DNA of 64,000 bases, from contig OZ024764.1 of the NCBI GenBank assembly GCA_964016885.1, positions 992,001-1,056,000 on the forward strand. The letters are read 5' to 3'. This document shows positions 26,150 through 37,915 of the stretch, piece by piece; the first letter of the stretch is position 1, and each line of letters starts with the position of its first letter. The DNA comes from Eledone cirrhosa. Taxonomy: Eukaryota. The notes below the pieces were generated by a model. It was not told the DNA's origin. It saw only the letters and a list, made by a program, of their open reading frames with translations, and made no database searches. A program made the position numbers and the translations under genes.

Positions 26150-26184
<35 letters not shown>

Positions 26185-26317
26185 GTAGTTGTGTATATTT
26201 GTATACACGTTCATAAGCAGATACAAAAATATTACTATATACCTGAGTTTGAGGAAAAAACTACAAAACCAGCAGAAAATCCTTTAAATAGATATTTTTT
26301 GTGTATAAAATCCGTGC

Positions 26318-27305
26318 AGTTGTTGGTGTTGCTGTTGCTGTTGGTGTTACTGTTGCTGTTGTTGTTGTTGTTGTTACTGTTGCTGTTGTTGTTGTTACTG
26401 TTGTTGTTGTTGTTACTGGTCTTACTGTTGTTGTTGTTACTGTTGTTGTTGCTGTTGTTGTTACTGGTCTTACTGTTGTTGTTGTTACTGTTGTTGTTGC
26501 TGTTGTTAGTGTTGTTGTTGTTATTGGTGCTGTGTGATATTGTTGCCGTTGGTGTTGCTGTTGTTGTTACTGGTCTTACTGTTGTTGTTGTTACTGTTGT
26601 TGTTGCTGTTGTTGCTGTTGTTAGTGTTGTTGTTGTTATTGGTGCTGTGTGATATTGTTGCCGTTGTTGTTGTTGTTGTTATTGGTGCTGTGTGATATTG
26701 TTACTGCTGTTGTTGCTGTTGTTGTTACTAGCCTTACTGTTGTTGTTGTTACTGTTGTTGTTGCTGTTGTTGCTGTTGTTAGTGTTGTTGTTGTTATTGG
26801 TGCTGTGTGATATTGTTACTGCTGTTGTTGCTGTTGTTGTTACTAGTCTTACTGTTGTTGTTGTTACTGTTGTTGTTGCTGTTGTTGCTGTTGTTAGTGT
26901 TGTTGTTGTTATTGGTGCTGTGTGATATTGTTACTGCTGTTGTTGCTGTTGTTGTTACTAGTCTTACTGTTGTTGTTGTTACTGTTGTTGTTGCTGTTGT
27001 TGCTGTTGTTAGTGTTGTTGTTGTTATTGGTGCTGTGTGATATTGTTACTGCTGTTGTTGCTGTTGTTGTTACTAGCCTTACTGTTGTTGTTGTTACTGT
27101 TGTTGTTGCTGTTGTTGCTGTTGTTAGTGTTGTTGTTGTTATTGGTGCTGTGTGATATTGTTACTGCTGTTGTTGCTGTTGTTGTTACTAGTCTTACTGT
27201 TGTTGTTGTTACTGTTGTTGTTGCTGTTGTTAGTGTTGTTGTTGTTATTGGTGTTGTGTGATATTGTTACTGTTGCTGTTGTTGTTGTTGTTGCTGCTGT
27301 TGTTA
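26318..27305. repeat. 115-bp minisatellite built from (GTT)n
   Basis: GGTGCTGTGTGATATTG recurs every 115 bp. Confidence 0.92.
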
Positions 27306-27638
27306 AGGTTTGCTATCACAGTTGTTGCTGTTCCTCCCTGCCTGACTGAGTTGTTTGAAAACAGTCAAGATATAATGGCAAAATATTAACAACAACAACA
27401 GGGATATATGTGGGGGGTGGGGGAGAAAGGGGAGGAGGTGGGGGGGGGGGGGGGCAGTGTGTGTGTGTGAAAGAGAAGGAGTGAGTAGATTGATTTGAGG
27501 GTGGGTGGGGAGTGGGGGAGGGGGGAAGGTGAGAGAGAGTGAGTTAGTAAGATTAAGAGAGACGGGAGAGGAGGAGAGAAAGAGAAACAGTCAGACTGGT
27601 TGGTGATGGTGATGGTGATGGTGATGAGGTGAGAGAGA

Positions 27639-27679
<41 letters not shown>

Positions 27680-27862
27680 TAAGATGTAAGGAAGTGGTAT
27701 GTGGGGGAGGTGGAGGCAGGAGAGAAACAGGGAGTGAGGGCCTTGAATTATATGGTGGGGGAAGGGGCTATAGAGTGTACTAGATACTCTTAATAGCTTC
27801 TAGAAGGGCAAAAGTAGAAATATGTGAATATATATATATATCATCATCATCATCATTTTACG

Positions 27863-27916
<54 letters not shown>

Positions 27917-28129
27917 AAAAAGTATGACCCCGACGGCAGAGCTCAAGCCATTTCGACGGCTATTTCTGGACTAGTAGAAATATGTGGATATATATATATA
28001 TTCACATATGGCTTGAGCTCTGCCGTCGGGGTCATACTTTTTCCTATTTCCCACTCTACTACCCTAAGTATTGAGTACTCTGGTGCATTATGGTCCATTT
28101 GGTTCCTTACCACAATTCCTTTGTTATAT

Positions 28130-28133
28130 ATAG

Positions 28134-28166
<33 letters not shown>

Positions 28167-28179
28167 CGTATATATATAC

Positions 28180-28237
<58 letters not shown>

Positions 28238-28258
28238 ACGTATATATATATATATACG

Positions 28259-28325
<67 letters not shown>

Positions 28326-28355
28326 ACGTATATATATATATATGTATATATATAC

Positions 28356-28411
<56 letters not shown>

Positions 28412-28432
28412 ACGTATATATATATATATACG

Positions 28433-28499
<67 letters not shown>

Positions 28500-28523
28500 A
28501 CGTATATATATATATACGTATAC

Positions 28524-28558
<35 letters not shown>

Positions 28559-28583
28559 CGTATATATATATATATACGTATAC

Positions 28584-28616
<33 letters not shown>

Positions 28617-28674
28617 CGTATATATATATATATATATATATATACGTATACATATATATATATATATATATACG

Positions 28675-28738
<64 letters not shown>

Positions 28739-28763
28739 CGTATATATATATATATACGTATAC

Positions 28764-28815
<52 letters not shown>
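28130..28815. repeat. Long interrupted (TA)n microsatellite
   Basis: Direct reading; similar tracts at 23570-23920 and 38400-38880. Confidence 0.95.
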
Positions 28816-28818
<3 letters not shown>

Positions 28819-28912
28819 GCTAAGGTAGAAGGTGCTGGATGGCGGTCTCCCTCGGGTCCTCGATTTTCAGCCCCATGAATTTTACCTATTACATTCACGT
28901 ATTATATTTCGA

Positions 28913-28970
28913 ATACCTGATGATGTCACCGGATTCATACGGAACCCGGTCATTGAAATGATCATAGTAT
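28913..28970 (+). ncRNA. Type I hammerhead ribozyme
   Basis: ATAC-CTGATGA-TGTCACCGG...CCGGTCATT-GAAA-TGATCA-TA-GTAT, followed by AATAAA. Confidence 0.72.
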
Positions 28971-29050
28971 AATAAACCTTTCAAAGATTTACACAAGTCC
29001 AGCCTCCTGTCATTTCATTATTATATATATATATACGTATATCTATATAT

Positions 29051-29095
29051 CTCTGAAGATTTCATCTGAATGAAACAGTACTAGTCCTGTAGAAG
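29051..29095 (+). ncRNA. Hammerhead motif with the 5' strand of stem I lost
   Basis: CTGAAGA-TTTCATCTGAAT-GAAA-CAG(TACTAGTC)CTG-TA, directly preceded by (TA)n. Confidence 0.55.
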
Positions 29096-29342
29096 TTCCT
29101 TCTATAAAATAAAAAAAATTTTACTCTGCCATGTATTGAGTACCTTACTTACTGTGGTTATCCCCGACTCAACCCGGGACCTACGTATATATACGTATAT
29201 ATATAATTCAAACTGCCTGAAGAGGTCACAGCCAAAGATATATATATATATACGTATATATATATATAATTCAAACTGCCTGAAGAGGTCACAGCCAAAG
29301 ATATATATATATATACGTATATATATATATATACTAATTCAA

Positions 29343-29397
29343 ACTGCCTGAAGAGGTCACAGCCAAAGATGGCTGTCACTGAAATATATATAGCAGT
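29343..29397 (+). ncRNA. Type I hammerhead ribozyme
   Basis: ACTGC-CTGAAGA-GGTCACAGCCA(AAGA)TGGCTGTCACT-GAAA-TATATA-TA-GCAGT, then AATAAA. Confidence 0.88.
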
Positions 29398-29552
29398 AAT
29401 AAACGAAGCTAAATTTTAATCATTTGACTTTTATTTAACTTTATTTTACACTACTCCGGAGTAACCAAACCAACCTGCGCACTTCGTCGAGTGCTCCAGC
29501 CTGCATACTGAGGTGTTGGTATACAACCAACATAAACTCTAAATCTATATAT

Positions 29553-30390
29553 CATCATCATCATCAGGTTTAGCGTCCGTGTTCCACGCTTGCATGGGTT
29601 TGGACGGGGGTTTTCCCACTTGAGGCAAGAGTGGTTGTCTTGCTCGCATAGGACTGTCTGGCGGGTTTTCTACAGTTGGATGCCCTTCCTAACACCAACC
29701 ACATTTACAGTGTGGGGCTGGGAGGTTTTTACTGTGTTGCCTACACGGCCACATTACAGCGTGGACTGTCTGGCGGGTTTTCTACAGCTGGATGCCCTTC
29801 CTAACACCAACCACATTTACAGTGTGGGGCTGGGAGGTTTTTACTGTGTTGCCTACACGGCCACATTACAGCGTGGACTGTCTGGCGGGTTTTCTAGAGC
29901 TGGATGCCCTTCCTAACACCAACCACATTTACAGTGTGGGTCTGGGAGGTTTTTACCGTGTTGCCTACACGGCCACATTACAGCGTGGACTGTCTGGCGG
30001 GTTTTCTACAGCTGGATGCCCTTCCTAACACCAACCACATTTACAGTGTGGGGCTGGGAGGTTTTTACCGTGTTGCCTACACGGCCACATTACAGCGTGG
30101 ACTGTCTGGCGGGTTTTCTACAGCTGGATGCCCTTCCTAACACCAACCACATTTACAGTGTGGGGCTGGGAGGTTTTTACCGTGTTACCTACACGGCCAC
30201 ATTTACAGCGTGGACTGTGTGTTTTTTTTGTCGTGACACCTACACGATCTCATTTGTTTCGGCCTGGATGTTGTGGGACCAACATAACTTTACATTGAAA
30301 GGGGCGGTGTGGATGGGGTGGAGGTGGTGGGACGGGGGGGGGTCTTTTGATAGAGATGCCTACTGACTGTAGTAGGTTTTTACTTTGTAT
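29553..30390 (-). mobile_element. RTE 3'UTR fragment with a 112-bp tandem array
   Basis: Homologous to 4470-6275 and 51840-53030; about 5 units spanning the GGATGCCCTTCCTAA motif. Confidence 0.85.
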
Positions 30391-30437
30391 TTATATACAT
30401 ATATATATATACGTATATATATATATATATATATACG

Positions 30438-30472
<35 letters not shown>

Positions 30473-31105
30473 GTAACCCATTTGCAACGCCGCAGCTCCA
30501 TTATTATCATATTTACACATATATTTTTTCCTCTGCTGCCACCCGTCTCTTTCGTTCTTTGTATCTTTACCCTTTCTAGCAGTCTCTCTCTCTCTGTTAA
30601 CCTCCTCCTCAACTTTCACTCACTCATTCTCTGTCACCACCTCTCCTCCTCCTCCTCTTTCTTCCCGTTTGACCTGTCCGATTTCTTTTCTCGCGCGCTC
30701 TTGACCAAGCCGGTATGAATTTTTTTTCTCTCTCTCTCTCTCTCTCTCTCGTCTGCGACTTCACAGAACTTATGTTTACCGAATTCGCAGACCAGACCCC
30801 TTCTTCTTCCCCCCGTTAGACCTGTGCGAAATTCCTTCCTTGCTCACATTCCAACCAGGTTTGATGGTCTTTATTCTCTCTCGTTCACGATTTCACCGAG
30901 TTTATATTCATAGAAATCTGGGACTTGTCTCTTTCTTCTCACTTTCTGTTGCTTAAACCATTTTGTTTATTCACCCTAACGTCCCCTTTATTTACGTGTC
31001 CCAACGACTTTTTTTAGCCGTTGTTCGCACCAACCTGAGGTATATGGCCCTTAAAGCGATGAAATGCCTAGGACGGTTGGAGGGTCACTGATGAAGGACT
31101 TACTT

Positions 31106-31166
<61 letters not shown>

Positions 31167-31281
31167 TACAAATATTAATAAAACTGATGTTCTTTTGATC
31201 AATTACATTTTATTATACATATTATACTACCTTGATTAAATCTTAACCATTTAACATCTCAGGGTATGTCATGTATCATTA

Positions 31282-31336
31282 TATTTTGTCTGATGAGGAC
31301 GTACTGTTGTACATCCGAAATATGTATAATAAAATG
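31282..31336 (+). ncRNA. Type I hammerhead in cassette 31160-31480, with an upstream inverted tail copy
   Basis: TATTTTGT-CTGATGA-GGACGTAC(TGTT)GTACATCC-GAAA-TATGTA-TA-ATAAAATG. 31160-31223 is the reverse complement of ~31319-31382. Confidence 0.83.
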
Positions 31337-31550
31337 TAATTGATCAAAAGAACATCTATTTAATTAATATTTATATTTTAATATTAATAACTCTGGAAAA
31401 TTTATTTCCCATAGAGTGCTTCCAATCTACTGTAAAACTCATTCTTTGATATACTCATTGAATCTTGTTTAACTCTTTAATATATATATATATAGAGAAT
31501 ATTTAAGTATCGCGAGAGAGAAGAGGTTTAAAGGGATAAGCGATGCATAT

Positions 31551-32131
31551 AGTTGACATTGCACTCAGTGCTCCTGTGGGAGCCCCTACATGGACACACT
31601 GGAAGAGGGAGACAGTGGTTAGCTGGACATGCTCACCGACATCCAAAGTTGACACTGCACTCAGTGCTCCGGTGGGAGCCCCTGCATGGACACACTGGAA
31701 GAGGGAGACAGAGGTTAGCTGGACATGCTCACCGACATCCAGAGTTGACACTGCACTCAGTGCTCCTGTGGGAGCCCCTACATGGACATACTGGAAGAGG
31801 GAGACAGAGGTTAGCTGGACATGCTCACCGACATCCAGAGTTGACATTGCACTCAGTGCGCCTGTGGGAACCCCTACATGGACACACTGGAAGAGGGAGA
31901 CAGTGGTTAGCTGGACATGCTCACCGACATCCAGAGTTGACACTGCACTCAGTACTCCTGTGGGAGCCCCTGCATGGACACACTGGAAGAGGAAGACCAA
32001 GGTTAACGTATGTTGATGCCCTAAGGACAGACACTGGTCTGTTGGAGACGCAGGACATGGCAGAGATAATGAGGGACAGAGACTGCTGGAGAGAACTCGT
32101 CCATGGATCTCGAGAATTTTACCCGCCCTAG
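31551..32131 (+). mobile_element. RTE-type LINE 3' end with an in-frame 93-bp (31-aa) tandem expansion
   Basis: (RLAGHAHRHPELTLHSVLLWEPLHGHTGRGR) about 4.5 times, then GRPRLTYVDALRTDTGL...MRDRDCW. Confidence 0.82.
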
Positions 32132-32239
32132 ATAAATAGTTGCCAAAAAGTTGTGATGTGCTCAATACTTGTGCCTTCAGGGTTAAATATTGGAAGCGTT
32201 AATATTTAGCGGGTGAGAAAATAAGCAGAGTGGTTACAA

Positions 32240-33539
32240 ATGCATCGCACTAGGAAACATGGTCATACCATTAACTACATGAGTGGTGGTGTAGAAGACC
32301 TACCGCATAATAAGGGTCACGGTACAGGCAACGTTAGCTGCTGTAGACTACTAGAATTATTCCCTTACTCTAAGATTAATAATAGCGATGGCCTCTTACC
32401 TACACCCTCCAGCCAGCGTTTAGCTAGACGTAGACGTAACGGAAGGAAGGCGAGTGCACCCGAGCATAAAGCGAAGGGGACGCGTAATAGGCTGCAGCAC
32501 AGTAGCAACAATAAGAACGGTTACCTAGCCAACACGACCCGTAGCAAGCCCACAGCTACACGTAAGCGCCACCATAATGTCCTATGGTTCCATCCTCCCT
32601 ACTCCTGGAGTGTCGCCTCCGACTTACCCAGGATATTCTTCGAAGCCTTAGAGAAGGATTTCCCACCCAACCATAAATACAGGAAAATCCTCAATAAGAA
32701 CAATATTAAAATATCCTACTCCACTACACCGAACTTAGCAGACGTCATAGGGATTACTAATTACAGTAAGATCACCAAAACACGGCACCTTAGCACCGAT
32801 ATGTCTAGACTTGACAGCAACCCTAATAGCCTTAACGTTTCCCTTGCAGTGCCCAATAGTGTGGGCGGCAGCCCCAAAATAAGCAACCGACATAACTGTG
32901 GCGAGACTGGGGAACATGCTGATGACCTGTATGGGTCACGCGACAGCAACAGAAGGCGCTGCAGCATGCGGAGAAATAATGGTACTACCCCGCGCGCCAT
33001 AGGATATAATAGTACTAACTACAGAGATAGAGGCGGTGGCGTGGGTAACAACATGGGTAGCAATAGTAATAGCTTGACTTTGGGCACCAGGAGCGACCGC
33101 CACCGAAAATGCAACTGTCGGGACCGGGGAAGGTGCCCGCTTAGGGGAAGTTGCCTGACAAGATAATGTTATTTATAGGTGCACCATAACTAGCCATAAT
33201 AGCGTTAAACATTATACAGGGGCCACTTCTGGCCCGTTCAAAACTAGATTTCGAACACATCTCCACTCTTTTAGAAACAAGAAGCTAAGACACTCCATGT
33301 CACTCGCCAATTACGTCACAACATTAAAAGACTCCAACATCAGATTATCCACAAACTGGGAAATTGTCAGCAGGGCAGCACCGTACAATTTCAAGAGGAA
33401 ATGTGAGCTCTGCCTCATGGAACTTTACCATATCATAAGAGCACCGCTCGAGCTCATCAACAGCAGAGCAGAATCGGTGATAAACTGCAGACACAGGATA
33501 CAACAGTCTTTCTTCAGTTGGGAAGTGACAGAGACCTGA
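32240..33539 (+). pseudogene. PLE ORF remnant (post-RT region plus GIY-YIG), probably Hydra clade, one frameshift at ~33161
   Basis: VLWFHPPYS...FPPNHKYRKILNKNNIKISYS, CNCRDRGRCPLRGSCL. After removing one base: DNVIYRCTI...HYTGATSGPFKTRFRTH...KCELCLME...INSRAESVINCRH. Confidence 0.85.
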
Positions 33540-33865
33540 AAACCATAAACTGGGTCCTCCTGCACCAATCCATAACACTCCAGTGGCTAGGCTGTGCAAA
33601 TAAACATCTCTACACCAACTATGCATCTCAGACCCTGCCTGAATTGACAATAGTAAAGTAGCACCCACAAATTAGTAATGGAAAACCACCATCATGTGAA
33701 CGGGTAATAAGCCCTTTGGGGACAATTATTCAAAGACCAGCCAGAGTTACTCCCCTTGCTCTGTGTCAATAACAACATGTATGTTTGAAACTAAGAATGA
33801 ACTTTGATGTATGTATCACTTTAAAACCCCTTCTGGGTCCCATACTGAACACTGTAGTTTTCTAT

Positions 33866-33906
33866 GCCCTTGAGAAGCCCTTTTTGGGCGAAACATACGT
33901 AGGTGC
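33866..33906 (+). ncRNA. Minimal hammerhead (U3-A8 variant) in the 3' pLTR of the second PLE
   Basis: CC-TTGAGAA-GCCC(TTTTT)GGGC-GAAA-CATACG-TA-GG; short stem I. Confidence 0.68.
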
Positions 33907-34109
33907 TTTTATATAAACATGTTCTGACAGTATATATTCTCCTTTGTAATCCCTTCATTTATATATATATATAAGTAGAAATTGTATTTAATTTGTTGGA
34001 AGTCCGACAAACATAAATGTTTATAACTGATTTAGAGCACTCAACAGATTATTGGAGTAAATATTCAATGATATTAAATAAATGGAAACTATATTTATAA
34101 AACCAAATT

Positions 34110-34174
34110 TATTTTATTATATATATTTCAAGGGTAACCAAGAAAACATTGGTACGCTTTCATCAGATAAAATA
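34110..34174 (-). ncRNA. Type I hammerhead ribozyme (inverted copy)
   Basis: Reverse complement of 34272-34336. Confidence 0.78.
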
Positions 34175-34271
34175 CAAACTTTGTTTTATAAATAGAGACA
34201 TACCCATGAAAATCATACCTTATCGGTTGGAAATTCACTGGATAGTCTATCCAGTGAATTTCCAACCGATG

Positions 34272-34336
34272 TATTTTATCTGATGAAAGCGTACCAATGT
34301 TGTCTTGGTTACCCTTGAAATATATATAATAAAATA
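34272..34336 (+). ncRNA. Type I hammerhead ribozyme
   Basis: TATTTTAT-CTGATGA-AAGCGTACCAA...TTGGTTACCCTT-GAAA-TATATA-TA-ATAAAATA. Confidence 0.8.
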
Positions 34337-34681
34337 AATATGGTTTTATAAATATAGTTTCCATTTATTTAATATCATTGAATATTTATATATATATATT
34401 AGGATTGGTGCTCTCAAATAGCGATGTATACATGAATGTATGTATAGTATATTTGGTAATATACCGTATGTTTAATTAAAAACATTTTGAAGACCTTATG
34501 CTATTATTTTAAAGTAGTGACTAAGTCACTTACTTTTTTTGGGGGCTATTTCAGAGCACCAATCCTAATTTTCAATTTTTGCTGGACCGGCAATCGCTCT
34601 GTATAATCAGTTCCTGATTATTACTGGAATTCTATAAGAATCCAGCCTCTATAATTTTCGGCAGAGGTCAGGGAGTACGTT

Positions 34682-34718
34682 GCTCTGAGGAACACCGTGT
34701 GAAACAGAATCTGTCAGC
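34682..34718 (+). ncRNA. Minimal type I hammerhead in cassette 34400-34835
   Basis: GCT-CTGAGGA-ACA(CCG)TGT-GAAA-CAG(AAT)CTG-TC-AGC; GUC triplet. Tail 34740-34835 has an inverted copy at 34442-34540. Confidence 0.75.
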
Positions 34719-34901
34719 TTATCTCCCTTCCTTTGCCGAAAAAAGAAGTGACATAGTCACTACTTTAAAATAATAGTGCAATGTCTTCAAATTGTTTTTA
34801 ATTAAACATACGGTATATTACCAAATATACTATATATACATTCATATATATATATATATTTATATATATATGCACACATGCGCACACACAAACACACATA
34901 T

Positions 34902-35016
34902 ATCATCATCATCATCATCATCATTTTACGTCCGCTTTTCCCTGCTAGCAAGGGTGGGACGGGTCCTATTCAGCACAGCATCTCTCCACTTGTCACGGTC
35001 CTTCATCATCTCCTCC
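34902..35016 (-). mobile_element. RTE LINE extreme 3' fragment
   Basis: Reverse complement of 25565-25670. Confidence 0.85.
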
Positions 35017-35772
35017 ATGGAACAAACAACCTGCATCAGTTGTTAGCTGTCGAGACACTGCATCCTTTAAAACCTCCATGGAACAAACAACCTGCATCAG
35101 TTGTTAGCTGTTGAGACACTGCATCCTTTAAAACCTCCATGGAACAAACTACCTGCATCAGTTGTTAGCTGTCGAGACACTGCATCCTTTAAAACCTCCA
35201 TGGAACAAACTACCTGCATCAGTTGTTAGCTGTTGAGACACTGCATCCTTTAAAACCTCCATGGAACAAACTACCTGCATCAGTTGTTAGCTGTCGAGAC
35301 ACTGCATCCTTTAAAACCTCCATGGAACAAACTACCTGCATCAGTTGTTAGCTGTCGAGACACTGCATCCTTTAAAACCTCCATGGAACAAACTACCTGC
35401 ATCAGTTGTTAGCTGTCGAGAGACTGCATCCTTTAAAAACTCCCTGCATCCTTTAAAACCTCCATGGAACAAACTACCTGCATCAGTTGTTAGCTGTCGA
35501 GGCACTGCGTCCTTTAAAACCTCCATGGAACAAACTACCTGCATCAGTTGTTAGTTGTCGAGACACTGCATCCTTTACAACCTCCATGCTTCCTGAAATT
35601 CGCCAACACTACACCTGATATTCCCCCTCCATACACACACACACATGTATATCATGACTCTTACACTGTTCACTTACTTGACATTCGTACATTATCCTAT
35701 GTACTATACATGCACCTTTGATGAGTTGTAGTGCACCTGAGCACTGTACACAATAATTTCATTATTATTATT
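35012..35772 (+). mobile_element. CR1/Jockey-like LINE 3' end with a 61-bp tandem array
   Basis: Unit encodes WNKLPASVVSCRDTASFK (WNxLP...FK LINE C-terminal motif); 3'UTR ends in (ATT)n; about 9 units. Confidence 0.75.
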
Positions 35773-35850
35773 ATCAGTCTGTGTTCAAATCCCGCCGAGG
35801 TTAACTTTGCCTTTCATCCTTCCGGGGTCGATAAAATAAAGTACCAGTAT

Positions 35851-36248
35851 TCATCATCATCATCATCATCATCATCATTTTACGTCCACTTTTCCCTGTT
35901 TGCAAGGGTGGGACGGGAACTGATTCTGGCTAGATTTCTACAGCTGGATGCCCTTCCTAACACCAACCACTTTACAGTGAGTGCTGGGTACTTTTTTGCC
36001 GTGGCACCTACACAACCACTTTACAGTGAGTGCTGGGTGCTTTTTTGCCATGGCACCTCCATGACCACTTTGCAGTGGAATGATAGGGACCCCAGTCCCT
36101 ATCATCTCATTTCTACAGCTGAGTAAACTGGAGCAACGTGAAATAAAGTGTCTTGCTCAAGGAAACAACACATCACCCGGTCTGAGAATTGAACTCACAA
36201 CCTTTCGATTGCAAGGTCAATACTCTAACTACTAAGCCATGTGCCTCC
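35851..36248 (-). mobile_element. Full-length tRNA-derived SINE (type A RTE tail), two 49-bp units
   Basis: Same head and body as 17397; tail matches the RTE end at 25622-25670. Confidence 0.9.
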
Positions 36249-36302
36249 ATGCCTATATATACATATATATAATATATGTATATATCTATACTATAATAAA
36301 GT

Positions 36303-37616
36303 GCATTTCTACAGCTGGATGCCCTTCCTAACACCAACCTCATTTACAGTGAGTGCTGGGTACTTTTTTGCCGTGGCACCTCCACAACCACTTTACAGTG
36401 AGTGCTGGGTACTTTTTTGCCGTGGCACCTCCACAACCACTCTACAGTGAGTGCTGGGTGCTTTTTTGCCGTGGCACCTCCACAACCACTCTACAGTGAG
36501 TGCTGGGTGCTTTTTTGCCGTGGCACCTACACAACCACTTTACAGTGAGTGCTGGGTGCTTTTTTGCCGTGGCACCTCCACAACCACTCTACAGTGAGTG
36601 CTGGGTGCTTTTTTGCCGTGGCACCTACACAACCACTTTACAGTGAGTGCTGGGTGCTTTTTTGCCGTGGCACCTACACAACCACTTTACAGTGAGTGCT
36701 GGGTGCTTTTTTGCCGTGGCACCTCCACAACCACTCTACAGTGAGTGCTGGGTGCTTTTTTGCCGTGGCACCTCTACGATCACTTTACAGTGAGTGCTGG
36801 GTGCTTTTTTGCCGTGGCACCTACACAACCACTTTACAGTGAGTGCTGGGTGCTTTTTTGCCGTGGCACCTCCACAACCACTCTACAGTGAGTGCTGGGT
36901 GCTTTTTTGCCGTGGCACCTACACAACCACTTTACAGTGAGTGCTGGGTGCTTTTTTGCCGTGGCACCTCCACAACCACTTTACAGTGAGTGGTGGGTGC
37001 TTTTTTGCCGTGGCACCTCTACGATCACTTTACAGTGAGTGCTGGGTGCTTTTTTGCCGTGGCACCTACACAACCACTTTACAGTGAGTGCTGGGTGCTT
37101 TTTTGCCGTGGCACCTACACAACCACTTTACAGTGAGTGCTGGGTGCTTTTTTGCCGTGGCACCTACACAACCACTTTACAGTGAGTGCTGGGTGCTTTT
37201 TTGCCGTGGCACCTCCACAACCACTTTACAGTGAGTGCTGGGTGCTTTTTTGCCGTGGCACCTACACAACCACTTTACAGTGAGTGCTGGGTGCTTTTTT
37301 GCCGTGGCACCTACACAACCACTTTACAGTGAGTGCTGGGTGCTTTTTTGCCGTGGCACCTACACAACCACTTTACAGTGAGTGCTGGGTGCTTTTTTGC
37401 CGTGGCACCTCCACAACCACTTTACAGTGAGTGCTGGGTGCTTTTTTGCCGTGGCACCTCCACGACCACTTTACAGTGAGTGCTGGGTGTTTTTTTGCCG
37501 TGGCACCTTCACGACCACTTAGCAGTGGAATGATAGGGACCCCAGTCCCTATCATCTCATTTCTACAGCTGAGTAAACTGGAGCAATGTGAAATAAAGTG
37601 TCTTGCTCAAGGAAAC
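36303..37616 (-). mobile_element. Truncated SINE with the internal 49-bp unit expanded about 24 times
   Basis: Unit ACCACTTTACAGTGAGTGCTGGGTGCTTTTTTGCCGTGGCACCTCCACA between intact SINE flanks. Confidence 0.9.
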
Positions 37617-37853
37617 AGTAGTAATACACAAAGATAATTGCTGGCCTGTGGGCCAAAATTAGAAACAATTATTATCATTACTAAATGAAAAACCATTCAC
37701 GTAAAACGGGAGGTAACTGGGAATACAAGCCTCCCTCATACGCTTGACTTGTCAGATCTTGGGACGTATGTTATGTAAGGAAGATTTCAATAAACAACAG
37801 CTAATGTTATATAAAGCTAACACCACAAAACTAGACCTATGTTTGCAGCTATG

Positions 37854-37913
<60 letters not shown>

Positions 37914-37915
<2 letters not shown>

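Noticed and set aside
31025-31105. Possible hammerheads at CAACCTGAGG...GAAATGCC and CTGATGAAGG
   Set aside because: The core and stem II are too degenerate in the first, and the second lacks GAAA and stem III. At most a decayed copy.
33164-33166. Stop-codon readthrough or selenocysteine in the PLE ORF
   Set aside because: The codon is TAA and the GIY-YIG continues in another frame, so a single-base insertion explains it.
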